Origin: Andalucia godoyi And28
Taxonomy: Eukaryota > Protista > Jakobida
Direction of reading: 5' to 3'
Length of the DNA stretch: 64,000 bases
Assembly (NCBI GenBank): GCA_009859145.1
Contig: VRVR01000041.1
Span: 207,107 to 271,106, forward strand
The translations under genes were made by a program, and so were the position numbers. Under the pieces are notes generated by a model. That model worked only from the letters and a program-made list of their open reading frames with translations, had not been told where the DNA came from and made no database searches. Positions 10,765-21,504 of the stretch are shown one piece after another. Within the stretch, counting starts at the first letter, position 1, and each line of letters opens with the position of its first letter.

Positions 10765-10838
10765 GCGAAAGTAGCTCAGCTGGGAGTAGCGTTCGACTGA
10801 AGATCGAAAGGTCGCGTGTTCAATCCACGCCTTTCGCA
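10765..10838 (+). tRNA. tRNA-Phe(GAA), copy 2
   Basis: Identical (74/74 nt) to the 8906-8979 copy in inverted orientation; followed by AATGTTTTTTT terminator. Confidence 0.95.
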
Positions 10839-11142
10839 AATGTTTTTTTATTGCTTTGATGCTTCACTCCTGTTTTCGTCTTTGTCCGTTTTTTTTTTTT
10901 CCACCAGCTGTAAGGTTCCCCTCCGCGACTCAACTGGACGAAACTGTTCGATTCCCCCTTTCCCCCTAAAGTTCGCTGATTTCTCTCCAAAGCCGTCCTC
11001 TTTTTTTATATGTATATTTATGTTTCGGTAGGCACGTCTTTTTTACTTTTCCGTGGCTTTTTCCGTGGCTTGTTGTGTTTTTCCCCTTCTTTTGGCAGCA
11101 TTTTCTTTCGTCTACGTCCGTTGCATCTGTCTGGAAAAAAAG

Positions 11143-13497
11143 ATGATCACCGTTGACACGATCGCCACGCGAAAGTGGCTCGAAGAGACATTCAAGGAGA
11201 TCACAGACATTGATGCACCAATGCTGGCGACTTACGTGCTGGCGCTCTTGAAGAACTACAAGCCGAAGGCTGATTTGCGTGAGCAATGTGTTGCAAAATT
11301 GGACGAGTTTCTCGGATCGTCTACATCGGCGTTTGTGGACCGATTTTTGAACTACCTGAGAAAGTCGGGTGTTTCGTTTGAAGATCAGTCTGCACCGCAG
11401 CCTCAGTTTCCGCCTGCGTCTGGGTCTGCGCCTTCCGCTCTACAGCCACAGACACAGGTGCAGATGCAGGTACAAGCGCAGCAGCCGAAGCCATCGGCCG
11501 GTGCACCGCTGAGCTTCTCGGCTCCTGCAGTGTCTCATGTGCCTGCATCTGCGGCTGCTGCGCTTGCTCCGGTGGTCCAGAATGTCGCAAACGCATCCCA
11601 GAGTATGGCACCTCCTTTGCTGCAGCAGCAGCCAGTACCAGCACCACTACCGCAACAGCAGCAGCCGTATGTACCGTCCAATCATCATGATCCAGCACGG
11701 CAGCAGGAACGACAAATGCGGTTTGGCCTGGACCAGCAGCAAAGAAGTTCGAGGTTCCAAGAGGGCCAGACGGAAGGGCTCCAGACTGCTGATCGGGGAC
11801 CACGACACGATCGAAATGAGCGTGTTGAGAGGCAGGAACGACCAGAGCGTACGGAACGAATGGAAAGACCGGAACGATCGGATCGGAGCGATCGAAATGA
11901 CAGAAATGACCGTTTAGGACAGCACGAGCAACGCTCATATGGCGATCAGGGAGCTAGACAGCCACAAGGCCGCAATCTGGTTCTTGAAAATGTTCCAGAT
12001 GAATTGAATGTCTTCCAGACGATTTCAGATTATTTTGCACAGTTTGGTTATGTAGAGTCGGTAGACTGCCAGCCAGAGAGTCGCCGTGCAGTCATTTCTT
12101 TTGGAAGCCATGATGAAGCTGATAAAGCCTGGAAGAGCCGAAGCGCAATTCTGGGAGATCGATTCATCAAGATCTTTTGGCAGCGGCATTCAGATGTGCG
12201 TGACAATAAGCAAAGAAGACAATTTGGCCAGGGCCAGGATCAAGGCCAGGGATTCCAAAGAGGACAACGCGGGGATCGCGGAGATTTCAATCCTCAACGC
12301 CAGCAGCAGCAGCAATACCAGCAACAGCCATATCAACAACCCTACCAGTCATCACAATACGGACAGCAACAGCAGCAGCCGTACTTTCAGCATCCGGCAC
12401 AACAGCCATTCCATCCACATGGGGGACAGCATGCTGACTTTGGATATCAGCAGCAAGCTGCATACTATGGCAATCCACAGCAGCAGTTCTATGCTCAGTA
12501 TCCTGCGTACACTGGAGCCGAGTACGCTGTTGGGGGACACGAGTTCAATGCCCGTGTTCATCCGTCTTCACGCAAGCCAGCAGCTCTGGGAGCCCCATCA
12601 GCTTCGGCATCAGCACCGGCGTCCGGACCGTCGCTCTCTGAAATTCAGGCCGAGATCAAGGAGAGAAGAGCTCGCGTGGACGTCTTACAGGCCAACATTA
12701 AGACGATCAAAGCTGAACTTGAGCAGTCAAAACAAGACGGGCAGATCCCGAGAATGCAACAATTGCTTGTGGATTTGAAGTCTGTGCAGGATGATTTTCG
12801 AAAGGAGATTGAAGCGCTGTCCAACTTGCAGATTCAGGCAAAGAAGCGAAGTGCGGCAGAGATTTCGGAAGGTCAGCCGCAGGCAGAAGAACCCGCAGCA
12901 GCAGCAGCGTCTGCAAATCCGGAAGATGACGGCCAGGCACAAGAAGAACAGACAGGCGACGGCCAGCGACAGGCGAAGTTTCAACGTCGAGGACCATCAT
13001 TCCCTGGTGCAGGCGCTGCCGCTGGGGTTGGAAGAGGGATCGGACGAGGACGAGGCATGCCGATGGGCATGATGAACATGAATATGATGGGAATGATGGG
13101 ATACTATCCGCCTTCGTATGGCTACAATCCTCAAGCTGGAGGAGCTGCGACAATGCGTGTCGACTATCGTCCCAAGGCCTTTGAAATGGTTATTGCACCC
13201 GAGTACGCCTCGACAGAAGCCATTCAGTCCTTGTTTGCGCATCTGAAACCCGACGAAATTCGCGTGGATGCTGATGCACGATCTGCATATGTCTCTTTTC
13301 CTTCTCGTGCAGTGGCAGAAAAGGCAGCAAAGTTGGCCGCTGAGGGCCCCTTAAAGGTTGAGAAAGTCAACTGGGTAAAGCAGCAGTCTTCCGCGACCAC
13401 GCAAGATTTCGGAGCAACTGACGGAGCTGATGTTGGCGCGGCCGGTCAGTCCGGGGAAGTTGACGAGCAGGCAAATGAAGACGCCGAGAACCAGTAA
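11143..13497 (+). CDS. RBM26/RBM27-like RNA-binding protein (PWI + RRM)
   Basis: N-terminal PWI-like (LATYVLALLK...LDEFLG..T..FVDRF), RRM (NLVLENVP...YFAQFGYVESV...AVISF...A..A...ILGDRFIKIFW), Q-rich, RGG segment and a second degenerate RRM. Start placed at ATG 11143. Confidence 0.85.
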   Translation: MITVDTIATRKWLEETFKEITDIDAPMLATYVLALLKNYKPKADLREQCVAKLDEFLGSSTSAFVDRFLNYLRKSGVSFEDQSAPQPQFPPASGSAPSALQPQTQVQMQVQAQQPKPSAGAPLSFSAPAVSHVPASAAAALAPVVQNVANASQSMAPPLLQQQPVPAPLPQQQQPYVPSNHHDPARQQERQMRFGLDQQQRSSRFQEGQTEGLQTADRGPRHDRNERVERQERPERTERMERPERSDRSDRNDRNDRLGQHEQRSYGDQGARQPQGRNLVLENVPDELNVFQTISDYFAQFGYVESVDCQPESRRAVISFGSHDEADKAWKSRSAILGDRFIKIFWQRHSDVRDNKQRRQFGQGQDQGQGFQRGQRGDRGDFNPQRQQQQQYQQQPYQQPYQSSQYGQQQQQPYFQHPAQQPFHPHGGQHADFGYQQQAAYYGNPQQQFYAQYPAYTGAEYAVGGHEFNARVHPSSRKPAALGAPSASASAPASGPSLSEIQAEIKERRARVDVLQANIKTIKAELEQSKQDGQIPRMQQLLVDLKSVQDDFRKEIEALSNLQIQAKKRSAAEISEGQPQAEEPAAAAASANPEDDGQAQEEQTGDGQRQAKFQRRGPSFPGAGAAAGVGRGIGRGRGMPMGMMNMNMMGMMGYYPPSYGYNPQAGGAATMRVDYRPKAFEMVIAPEYASTEAIQSLFAHLKPDEIRVDADARSAYVSFPSRAVAEKAAKLAAEGPLKVEKVNWVKQQSSATTQDFGATDGADVGAAGQSGEVDEQANEDAENQ

Positions 13498-13780
13498 CCC
13501 AGGTTGTGTTGGTACGTAGAACCATTTTTTAATATTTTTTTTTCTTTTTAATTTCTTAAATCCTGTGGCCCGTCGAGGAATACGTAAAGGAGTCCTTCCA
13601 GATTCATCTGAAGAAAAACACACACGATCCACTGATATGTTATATTCGTTTAACTCTGCGAATCTACTAGTGTGGACAGATTGCCGCACCTGCAAAAACA
13701 TCTCGCAACACACCCACACACGTACGCCTGCACATGCACATGCACAAAGAATAGGCGTGCGGCTGTTCGTCCGCATCTTG

Positions 13781-14869
13781 TTACTTTGCAAACTCTTCGA
13801 TCTTCGATGCAACCTGCAAACCGGCAGCCATGGCCAAAGTAACACGGCCGCGCTCGGCAGTGTAATCTCCAGTAAAAAAGAGGCCGTGTTGTGCAGCCGA
13901 GGTTGCAAAGATCCCGCGAGAAGTGTCGATCCGAGAATTTGGCAATGCAAATCTCCATTTCTGAACATCTGACCACGAAGGAGACTTCCACTGGTCTCCA
14001 GCCAACAGCACAGACACCTTGTTCGTAACCGACGGAAGCAGATCCTCTAGCGAGTGTTCGTAATTGGCAGTGGACCAGTGCGAAGCCATTTGCACAATCA
14101 ACACCGAGTTGCCCCCTGCAACATGCCCTTCCTTGTCATCCTCGACACTCAACCACGCGATATCGTGCTTTCTATCCGTGTTCACAGCGGCATAATACGG
14201 TAACTCGGAGGTCAGCTTCTTGTCGTAGCCGAGAACGAACGTTATCTGCGTGTTGTACGTTCCCAGCGCCAACTCCGCGCCAAGAGCCTGCTTGATGGAA
14301 CCGGCCTCTGCCCACGATTCCACGCTTCCACTGCACACAAGCCCCGCAGCCTGTGGTGCAGGTGCAGTCACGAGAACCCCGTCGAAGTCTCCGAATCGAT
14401 CTCCAGTTGTCGTGACCAACGTCCACCGAGCACTCCGCTCAGCTCGCTCGAGCGAAGCCACTCGTTTTTCAAAATGTACCTTAATCCGTTCAGCCGGGAC
14501 AGCAGCAACAAGCAGCTTTCCAATCTGACTGATGCCGGGCTGATACACCCACTTTTCTCCTCTGTCGCGCTCAAGATCGCCGGGAGTGATCTCGCCTGAT
14601 TCACCGAACACAAAGACGGGTTTGGAGATGACAACCAGTCCGTCTGTTGGGAGCTGGTTCAGAATAATGTCTCGGATCAAGGGGTCTTCCGAGTAGAAAT
14701 AGTTCGCTCCGTGATCATAGCTTGCGCCGTTTTTTCTGCGGGTCGCCGCGCGTCCAGAGAACCCACGACTCTTTTCAAAAACCTCAATCTGTGTAACACT
14801 CTTACTTGCTCGCAACGCGTACGCCGCAGACAATCCCGACACCCCCGCACCCACAATCGCCAGACGCAT
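13781..14869 (-). CDS. Renalase-like NAD(P)/FAD-dependent oxidoreductase
   Basis: IVGAGVSGL Rossmann motif, FEKSRG.SGRAATRR, YDHGANYF, KWRFALP, GDY...GRV..A...G. Start at ATG 14869. Confidence 0.85.
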   Translation of the reverse strand: MRLAIVGAGVSGLSAAYALRASKSVTQIEVFEKSRGFSGRAATRRKNGASYDHGANYFYSEDPLIRDIILNQLPTDGLVVISKPVFVFGESGEITPGDLERDRGEKWVYQPGISQIGKLLVAAVPAERIKVHFEKRVASLERAERSARWTLVTTTGDRFGDFDGVLVTAPAPQAAGLVCSGSVESWAEAGSIKQALGAELALGTYNTQITFVLGYDKKLTSELPYYAAVNTDRKHDIAWLSVEDDKEGHVAGGNSVLIVQMASHWSTANYEHSLEDLLPSVTNKVSVLLAGDQWKSPSWSDVQKWRFALPNSRIDTSRGIFATSAAQHGLFFTGDYTAERGRVTLAMAAGLQVASKIEEFAK

Positions 14870-15910
14870 ATCTGTATATGATGGAACCTCTCCAGTCTCC
14901 AATCTACACACCAAAAGAAGAAGAAGAACAAGCCAAGCGTTATGTTCGTGCTGGATAAAGCAAACGGCCATATTGTGAGACCTACGGCGGTTCGTCCGAA
15001 ATGCCCAGATAAAGCGAAAACGAACAGGTTAATGGAAGGCCGCGGGGACCACGGCAAACCTGAACTGTGGCGCTCTCCTGAGTTGGTTTGTTGTGTTCGG
15101 TGTGCGGCTCCGCAACCGCTTCCTCACGGCGATACCGTATCCAGCGTTCCAGTGAACACGCCTGTCGCGTACACGGCAGCTCGCAGCCATCCTTCGGGGC
15201 CCTCCGTCCGCAGACTTTTTGCAAATGGTGTCACGAGTTTAAATTTGTATATACATATATATATATATTTCATGGTTTATGATTAGTTCGGGTTTTGGAG
15301 ACTCTGAGAAAACACCTTGCAGCTGCAGCCGTATTGACATATGAAGCAGGCGAGCGAGTGAGTAAGCGAGCGAGTGAGAGAGAGAGAGAGTGTGTGTTTT
15401 GGTTTTATTAATTACAACGATTAAACAGCACTTCCCAGTCTGCTTTCAAGGTCCGAGCAAGATCCACTGTCTCTGAGCAAAACTCGCTCTTGTCGCACCG
15501 CGCGTAACTCATCAGAAGCAAATTGCAGCTGAGCTCTCGCACCTCCTGCATCAAACAAAGAAGAAAAAAACAGGAAAAAACCTTCGCCCACCAAAAATGC
15601 GATTATCGGAAGCAACGTTCGTAGTGGAAACCCTCCTGTTTACGTAAAAATATCCCCCAAATCGTTAGGGTTGGCATTGGTTCGTTAAAGAGTTGAAATT
15701 CAGGGTTTTCTAGTCTTTGCTGCTCATGGTCCCGCCGCACGTCTTTGCCAATCCTTCGTCTTTCAAAAGCCACACTCATTTTTTTATTTAAGCCTTTTTT
15801 TTTTTGTTGAAAATTTCTTTTTCCTCCTTTGTTCTGTCTCCATGCTTGTTTAACTTGAGACGTTTTCTACATCATCATCATCATCATCATCTCAAGGTCG
15901 AACAACAAAC

Positions 15911-17282
15911 ATGTCGCAAACGGCTTCTTGGGTCCCATTTGACGAGAACCTCCCCGAGAATCTCCAACAACATTCACGACGTGGTGGAAACCGCAGTGCT
16001 CTTCAAGACGTCACAAATGATCGGGCTTTCCATTCAGTATGTCTTTGGTTTCCCCTCCTCCTCCTCCTCCTCCTTCTTCTTCTTCTTCATATACGATGTT
16101 TTCCCATTGTGCGTTGTTTTATGCTTCATTTGATGATGATGGTTTATTAATTATTAATATTGTTATTGTTGTTTTTTAAATCTCTCTATCTCTGTGTGTG
16201 TGCAGAATGGTCCACAAAAGCCGATGCAGTCGAAGCAGGCTGCTTCCGAGTCTGTGTATGTTGATACGGAAATGATGGACTCGCAAGATGTTCCGCAGCC
16301 AGCGTTCCGTCTCGCTGCAGGAACCCAAAGTGGAGAGACCATGAATGTATCTGCGAGTTCTGCAGATATGATGAGCCGGCCAATGCCGATGGAGGACCTT
16401 TCCCGGATTCGGAGTGCTAAGCACAGCAAAACGGCATCTATGGCCGGAATTCCGCAGTTTTATAATATCGATGCAAGAACTGGAAATGACGCGCAATTTG
16501 TTCTTGATTACATCGAGGATATAGTCCGTCATCAAAAGTTGACGGAATGCTTGTTCCGTTGTGGACCAAACTACATTGACCGATCGCAAACGGACATCAA
16601 TGCTTCGATGCGAGCCATTCTCATCGACTGGCTGAACGAGGTCGCACAAGAATATAACCTCAAGCAAGAAACGCTGCATCTGTCTGTGAACATCATCGAT
16701 CGATTCTTGTCTGCCGTGCCGGTTGCTCGTTCTCGGCTGCAGCTTGTCGGTGTCACGGGAATGCTCATCGCTGCAAAGTACGAAGAAATCGTTGCACCGA
16801 CTGTCGAGGAGTTTGTTTACATCACCGACAACACCTATTCCAGAGAAGATGTTTTGAAGACGGAGGGACAAATGCTGAATATCCTTCGATTCAACATTAC
16901 TGCAGTCACCATCATGGATTTCCTCCCTCGTTTCTTGCGGGCAGGAAATGCAGACTCACGGGTTTCCCAGCTTGCGTTGTTCTTGTCGGAGCTAACGCTG
17001 CAGGAGTACCAGTTTCTGCACTATACTCCGTCGATGATTGCGGCAGCAGCCGTTTCTCTCGCCCTTCACACTTGTGGCCTCCTTGCCTGGACGCCGACTC
17101 TCGAGTACTATACTTCGTATACCGTTGCCGATGTCCGTTCCTGCGTGGCCGAGATGCATTCTGTGTTCAGGAATGCAGAATACCAGTCTCTCCAAGCCGT
17201 TCGAGAAAAGTATTCGCACTCCAAGTACATGCGCGTGTCGACAATTCCATGCCCGCAGGCGTTGCCGCCGATGTTTCTGTGA
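15911..17282 (+). CDS. Cyclin A-type, two exons: join(15911..16036,16206..17282)
   Basis: Cyclin box MRAILIDWLNEV, ETLHLSVNIIDRFLS, LQLVGVTGMLIAAKYEEI. Exon 1 carries D-box RSALQDVTN. Phase-0 GTATGT...TGCAG intron keeps the frame. Confidence 0.9.
16037..16205 (+). other. Spliceosomal intron (169 nt) in cyclin A
   Basis: GTATGT donor, pyrimidine/AT-rich body, CAG acceptor; splicing joins the two ORFs in frame. Confidence 0.85.
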
Positions 17283-17565
17283 CCTTAGCCTATTCCGTCA
17301 CTCGACTCCTCATATGTTCGCTATCCAGTCTCCGAGTCCTCACGATCGGCGAATGAGGACATGTCTTTTTTTAACATTCCAATCCCGTTTTTTCCAACAG
17401 TTGAAAAAGCGCTCTTGACTTACGTCACTTTGACCCGACCTTAGCTCTGTACACTAACTTTTCCTTTATTCCTCTCCCTCCCTTCCCTGCAAAAATGAAT
17501 CACCAACTTACTACTATGTTTCGTGCATTAACATCCTTCGATTCAGCAATTCCACGTAACAGTAC

Positions 17566-20541
17566 TCATTCACCATCGTCGTCAGCCTCTTCGTCATCGT
17601 CGTCATCACTCTCACCACTCCCTGTACGATGAGCAGAAGCACTGCGCTTCATCGGCATTCCAATTGCGTCCGCTTTTCGCATCTTGATCCGATGATCATC
17701 CCATTCCGACATCATATCGCCGAGCAAGTTATCATCCTCCATTTTGCGATACTCAAGAAGCCGTTCTTCCTGCATCGCGTCTTGTAGCAGATGGTACGGC
17801 GTGTCAGCTTCGCGAATAACCATTCGCGCCTGTCGCCTTCGTAACTTCTCCAATGACTTGACGCGAGCAGACACATCGCGAAGTTCGTCGAGAGCCGTGA
17901 ATCGACGATTTGACATACGAAACGGCAATTGTTCCGACGCCCGTTTCTGCAACTTGACTCGAGACGCAGATCGGAACGTCGAAGAAGAATACGATAACCA
18001 CGGAGACGAGCTGCTTCCAGGCACCTTTTGCGTTCGCGCTTTCTCCCACGGTTTGAGCACAGAACCTATTTTGCGATTCTTACTGCCCGCAAGACCGTCG
18101 CTGTCATCGTCATCAGACCCGGGCTGATTTCCATGAGCGGAAAACAAGACCCTTTTCTTTCTGCCGGAAACATCCAGATTCGCATTCCATATCTCCTCGG
18201 TGCGAGAAACTGCCAACACCTCTTGTTCTATGGAAATTCGCACACGCTGCGGCAACCATGTCCTGCTATACTTCACAGGGTCTTGAAGCTCCAGCATTTC
18301 ATTGTCCGAATCCGACGATTCTTCGGACTCGTCTCCGGAATCCTCGCTATCGTCTTTTGCACTGCTGAGCTTGTCTCCGTTTCGAATTCCAAAAATATTG
18401 TACATGCGAAGATGACTCATCTTGTTCAGCACATCGATTTCCTCTATATAATCCTCCGCATCCTTCTCGAAATCTGCCTGCCGCTCGTCGTACCACGCCT
18501 CAAGCCCTTCCTTCTTGAGCAACTCGTCGAACGCCACGACAAACCGAACCTTTTCCAGAACAGCACACGAAGCAACATCTTCAAGACTCGCTTCATGATC
18601 CTCGTCAAGGGACTTTTTCATCTTTTGGAGTTCCAAATTAAGACTGTCCTCGTTGATGTCGTAGTGTTTGAGAAACTTGCTTCGAAATTGGTACAGCGAT
18701 GCTGTCTTCTGGTCGTATTTTGCCTTCATTTTCGCAGATCGGGCGTAATTGTACGGAGCGACAGGGTCTTCCCGCAGCTGCGAACGAGCGTCCAGCAAAG
18801 ACTCGCAAAAGCGTCTCAACCGCTCCAGCCGTTCAGCGGGCACACTGGATTCGTTGTCTGAGAGCAGCATTTCACACCACACCTTGATGTGTCGAAGATC
18901 GTCGTCCGAACATTTGCGGACCAGCTTCTTGAACAACTTGGTCTGGTCGTGCGGAGCATCAACAGGACTTTCGGTGTTGGAAGATGCCGAATTGCCGGTC
19001 ACCCACGAGAAGACGACTTGCATCCGCTCCTTTTCAGAACTGCTCGCATCGGTTGCGTTCCACAAAAACAGAAACTCCGGAGCCTCGCAACTCGCGAACA
19101 GCTGGTAGAAAGACTGGAAGTTCGTCGCCCAATCCGTTACATCGTCGCGCTGCGAGATGCTGGCATGCGGAGAAGAAGAATCATCAAGGCTTCTGGAAGG
19201 ACGACGATGGTGAGATTCCAGAGGCGATATAATGCTGACTGGGACGTCTTGTGCTTGGCAATACTGTAAAAAGGAACGCACACCATCTGCAGTGTCTTTG
19301 CACTCTGGAACCTGGAAATCATCGAACGCTGCAAGCCGAGACTCAAAATCCAATCGCGACATTGCCAACGGAATCAATTCATCGCGAACCTCCTTCAATA
19401 GGCAACGGCTTTGTTCACTGGCGCGGAGGGTTGCATGCGACGCGACGCGACGCCGAAACGGGATAGAGAAAATCCACTTGAGAAACGGCGTTCGAGTCGG
19501 AACAATGGGTCTTTGCAGCGAAGCCTTTTCATACGCAATCTGGCTGATTGTCCGAAGTCGCTGAAACAGCCCGTTTTCGTTCGTGACAACCACGCCCACG
19601 GATCCCAGCGCACACAGTCCTCGGACGAGCTCGAGAAATGCTGCATTCCCTTTATTGGCATTCCAGAATGCAAGCGCTTCCGCAGACCGAAGCCTGCGAT
19701 TGTCTAGTTGTGTCAATAGCTTCTGTCGCCTGTCTGTTGCGGTCGCTGGATCTCGGAACAGCGCCAAGCGAATGGAATAGCCTAGGCCAACGGCAGTTGA
19801 TGATGAGGTGGGTCTACCGTCAGGGCCCAGAAAGTGCATAAACAATTCCGACTGAGCAAGTGCTCGAATGAATGGCGGAAGCCGCTGCAGCACGACTTCC
19901 GGAACCTTTAAACTTGGAAGCGCTGGCGCATCAGCAGCACGAGACACGAGCGTCGCCTGCGACTCGTTCGAAATCAGCCACGACAGATATCTCAAAAACG
20001 TCGATTGATTGTCAATTTGCTGATCAAGAGCACATATGTCTTCTGGCACCATTCGCGCCGTTTCATCATCATCAACAGTGCCATCGTCGTCATCATCCGC
20101 AAACCGGATTGCAGGAAAGATGTGGTATCCTCGGGCTTTGAGATTGTTCACGGCGCCTGCGAGAATGTCCAGAAACCGTCGCACAAGCGTCTTTATCTGG
20201 TCTTCAACACGCTGGAACAAAGGGAGCTGAAACAGCAAGGATGCAGGACCATCTGATCCAGCCGGAATCAGACCACTTATATCCAGAAGGTTTCCTTCTC
20301 CACCACCACTCCCGCCGTCGACGCTGGCCGTCAAGTACTGATACAACATCGGTGAGACATGTGCACTCTTGAAAAACGTATTCACGACTTCTTCCGCCAG
20401 ACGGTACGGAGATCGACGCAGATCTCGTTCATAATAGCGGAGCGTTATCGACACTGCATCTGCAAACGCTTCATATGACTGAAGTGCGTCTGCAAGCACC
20501 TCGAACGTCAGTCTCGGAGGAAGACCGAATGCTTTCGACAT
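17566..20541 (-). CDS. Hypothetical 991-aa protein (helical core, acidic and basic low-complexity C-terminus)
   Basis: Long uninterrupted ORF with coding-like composition and AT-rich flanks; no family recognised. Confidence 0.75.
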   Translation of the reverse strand: MSKAFGLPPRLTFEVLADALQSYEAFADAVSITLRYYERDLRRSPYRLAEEVVNTFFKSAHVSPMLYQYLTASVDGGSGGGEGNLLDISGLIPAGSDGPASLLFQLPLFQRVEDQIKTLVRRFLDILAGAVNNLKARGYHIFPAIRFADDDDDGTVDDDETARMVPEDICALDQQIDNQSTFLRYLSWLISNESQATLVSRAADAPALPSLKVPEVVLQRLPPFIRALAQSELFMHFLGPDGRPTSSSTAVGLGYSIRLALFRDPATATDRRQKLLTQLDNRRLRSAEALAFWNANKGNAAFLELVRGLCALGSVGVVVTNENGLFQRLRTISQIAYEKASLQRPIVPTRTPFLKWIFSIPFRRRVASHATLRASEQSRCLLKEVRDELIPLAMSRLDFESRLAAFDDFQVPECKDTADGVRSFLQYCQAQDVPVSIISPLESHHRRPSRSLDDSSSPHASISQRDDVTDWATNFQSFYQLFASCEAPEFLFLWNATDASSSEKERMQVVFSWVTGNSASSNTESPVDAPHDQTKLFKKLVRKCSDDDLRHIKVWCEMLLSDNESSVPAERLERLRRFCESLLDARSQLREDPVAPYNYARSAKMKAKYDQKTASLYQFRSKFLKHYDINEDSLNLELQKMKKSLDEDHEASLEDVASCAVLEKVRFVVAFDELLKKEGLEAWYDERQADFEKDAEDYIEEIDVLNKMSHLRMYNIFGIRNGDKLSSAKDDSEDSGDESEESSDSDNEMLELQDPVKYSRTWLPQRVRISIEQEVLAVSRTEEIWNANLDVSGRKKRVLFSAHGNQPGSDDDDSDGLAGSKNRKIGSVLKPWEKARTQKVPGSSSSPWLSYSSSTFRSASRVKLQKRASEQLPFRMSNRRFTALDELRDVSARVKSLEKLRRRQARMVIREADTPYHLLQDAMQEERLLEYRKMEDDNLLGDMMSEWDDHRIKMRKADAIGMPMKRSASAHRTGSGESDDDDDEEADDDGE

Positions 20542-20852
20542 TGGTTCTATATACCGAAAGATCTCATTCTACACCAAACCACGAAAAAACACAATAATAT
20601 AATACGGGAAACGCCAAACAAGACGCAATTTTGAGATCATAAGTGCTGCCCATGCATGGAACTCTGTAGCACGAAAACGAACAAGAGAGCAAGAAGGAAC
20701 ATACTCGAATAATATCCATGACGTCTTGTTTAATCAGCGACCAAAAACGAAGAGCAACTTGTTTATCCTGTTCCTCGTTCTCCTTTTCAACCAATGCTGC
20801 ATTGGCCATTCCGCTTCTCTCATTCTCTCTTCAATGAATGCAACACCCCAAT

Positions 20853-20893
<41 letters not shown>

Positions 20894-21411
20894 CCGTTAG
20901 AAGCTGCAGAAATTGGAAAGGAAGAAGAAAAAGAAAAGCAACAACATAATTGCCACCAACGTCTGAAGGAAAAAGAGACATACAGAATTCCTCCAGGACC
21001 AAACAGCATTTGTTTTGCTTTTTCCTGAAACGCAGGAGTTTGAATGACTTTCCATCGCAACACACTCTTCTTCCAATCGGCATCACGATCATCATCACGA
21101 TCATCTGTCACCATCATTTCCTCTCATTGTTCGTTTGTCATTCATTATCTGTGATTGTTATCATCAAGATGATGATGATAGTGTTCTCTGGCATTCAGAG
21201 CGTTACTGGTCCGAACCTTGTTGAGTGCGCCGCCAATAGACGAACAAGAATGCCTGGAGTTTTTTATATATTAAGCGGCTGAGCATCACGTGATGCATAA
21301 GGAGGGAAACCGCTCGCCAAAACACGCATCATCATTGACTGTCATCGGCGAAGCTGTCACCGAAGACAGATCCAAGCCACGTGCGTTTTTTATTATTATT
21401 TATATTAAGGA

Positions 21412-21504
21412 CGAGCACCAACTCTGCATCAAAGAGTCATTGCAACCAACAGATTCCCCAATCGATTCAACATTCAATAAATGAACGTTGGAGGAGACAG
21501 ACTG
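21412..21504 (+). repeat. Dispersed ~94-bp repeat, copy A
   Basis: Matches the reverse complement of 47024-47117 with 7 substitutions and 1 indel (manual alignment). Confidence 0.9.

Noticed and set aside
15030-15210. RNase P/MRP RNA (GGAAGGCCGCG resembles CR-I)
   Set aside because: The only P4-like partner lies ~60 nt away, too close, and no convincing CR-V motif occurs near a 3' end.
15664-15672. GTTAGGGTT (1.5 telomeric repeats) as a telomerase RNA template
   Set aside because: A 9-mer of this type is expected by chance in 128 kb of double-stranded sequence, similar matches occur elsewhere (e.g. ~25057, ~41816), and there is no supporting TR structure.
17332-17362. GTCCTCA/TGAGGAC hairpin in the cyclin 3' region
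   Set aside because: Isolated 7-bp stem with a large loop; plausible by chance.
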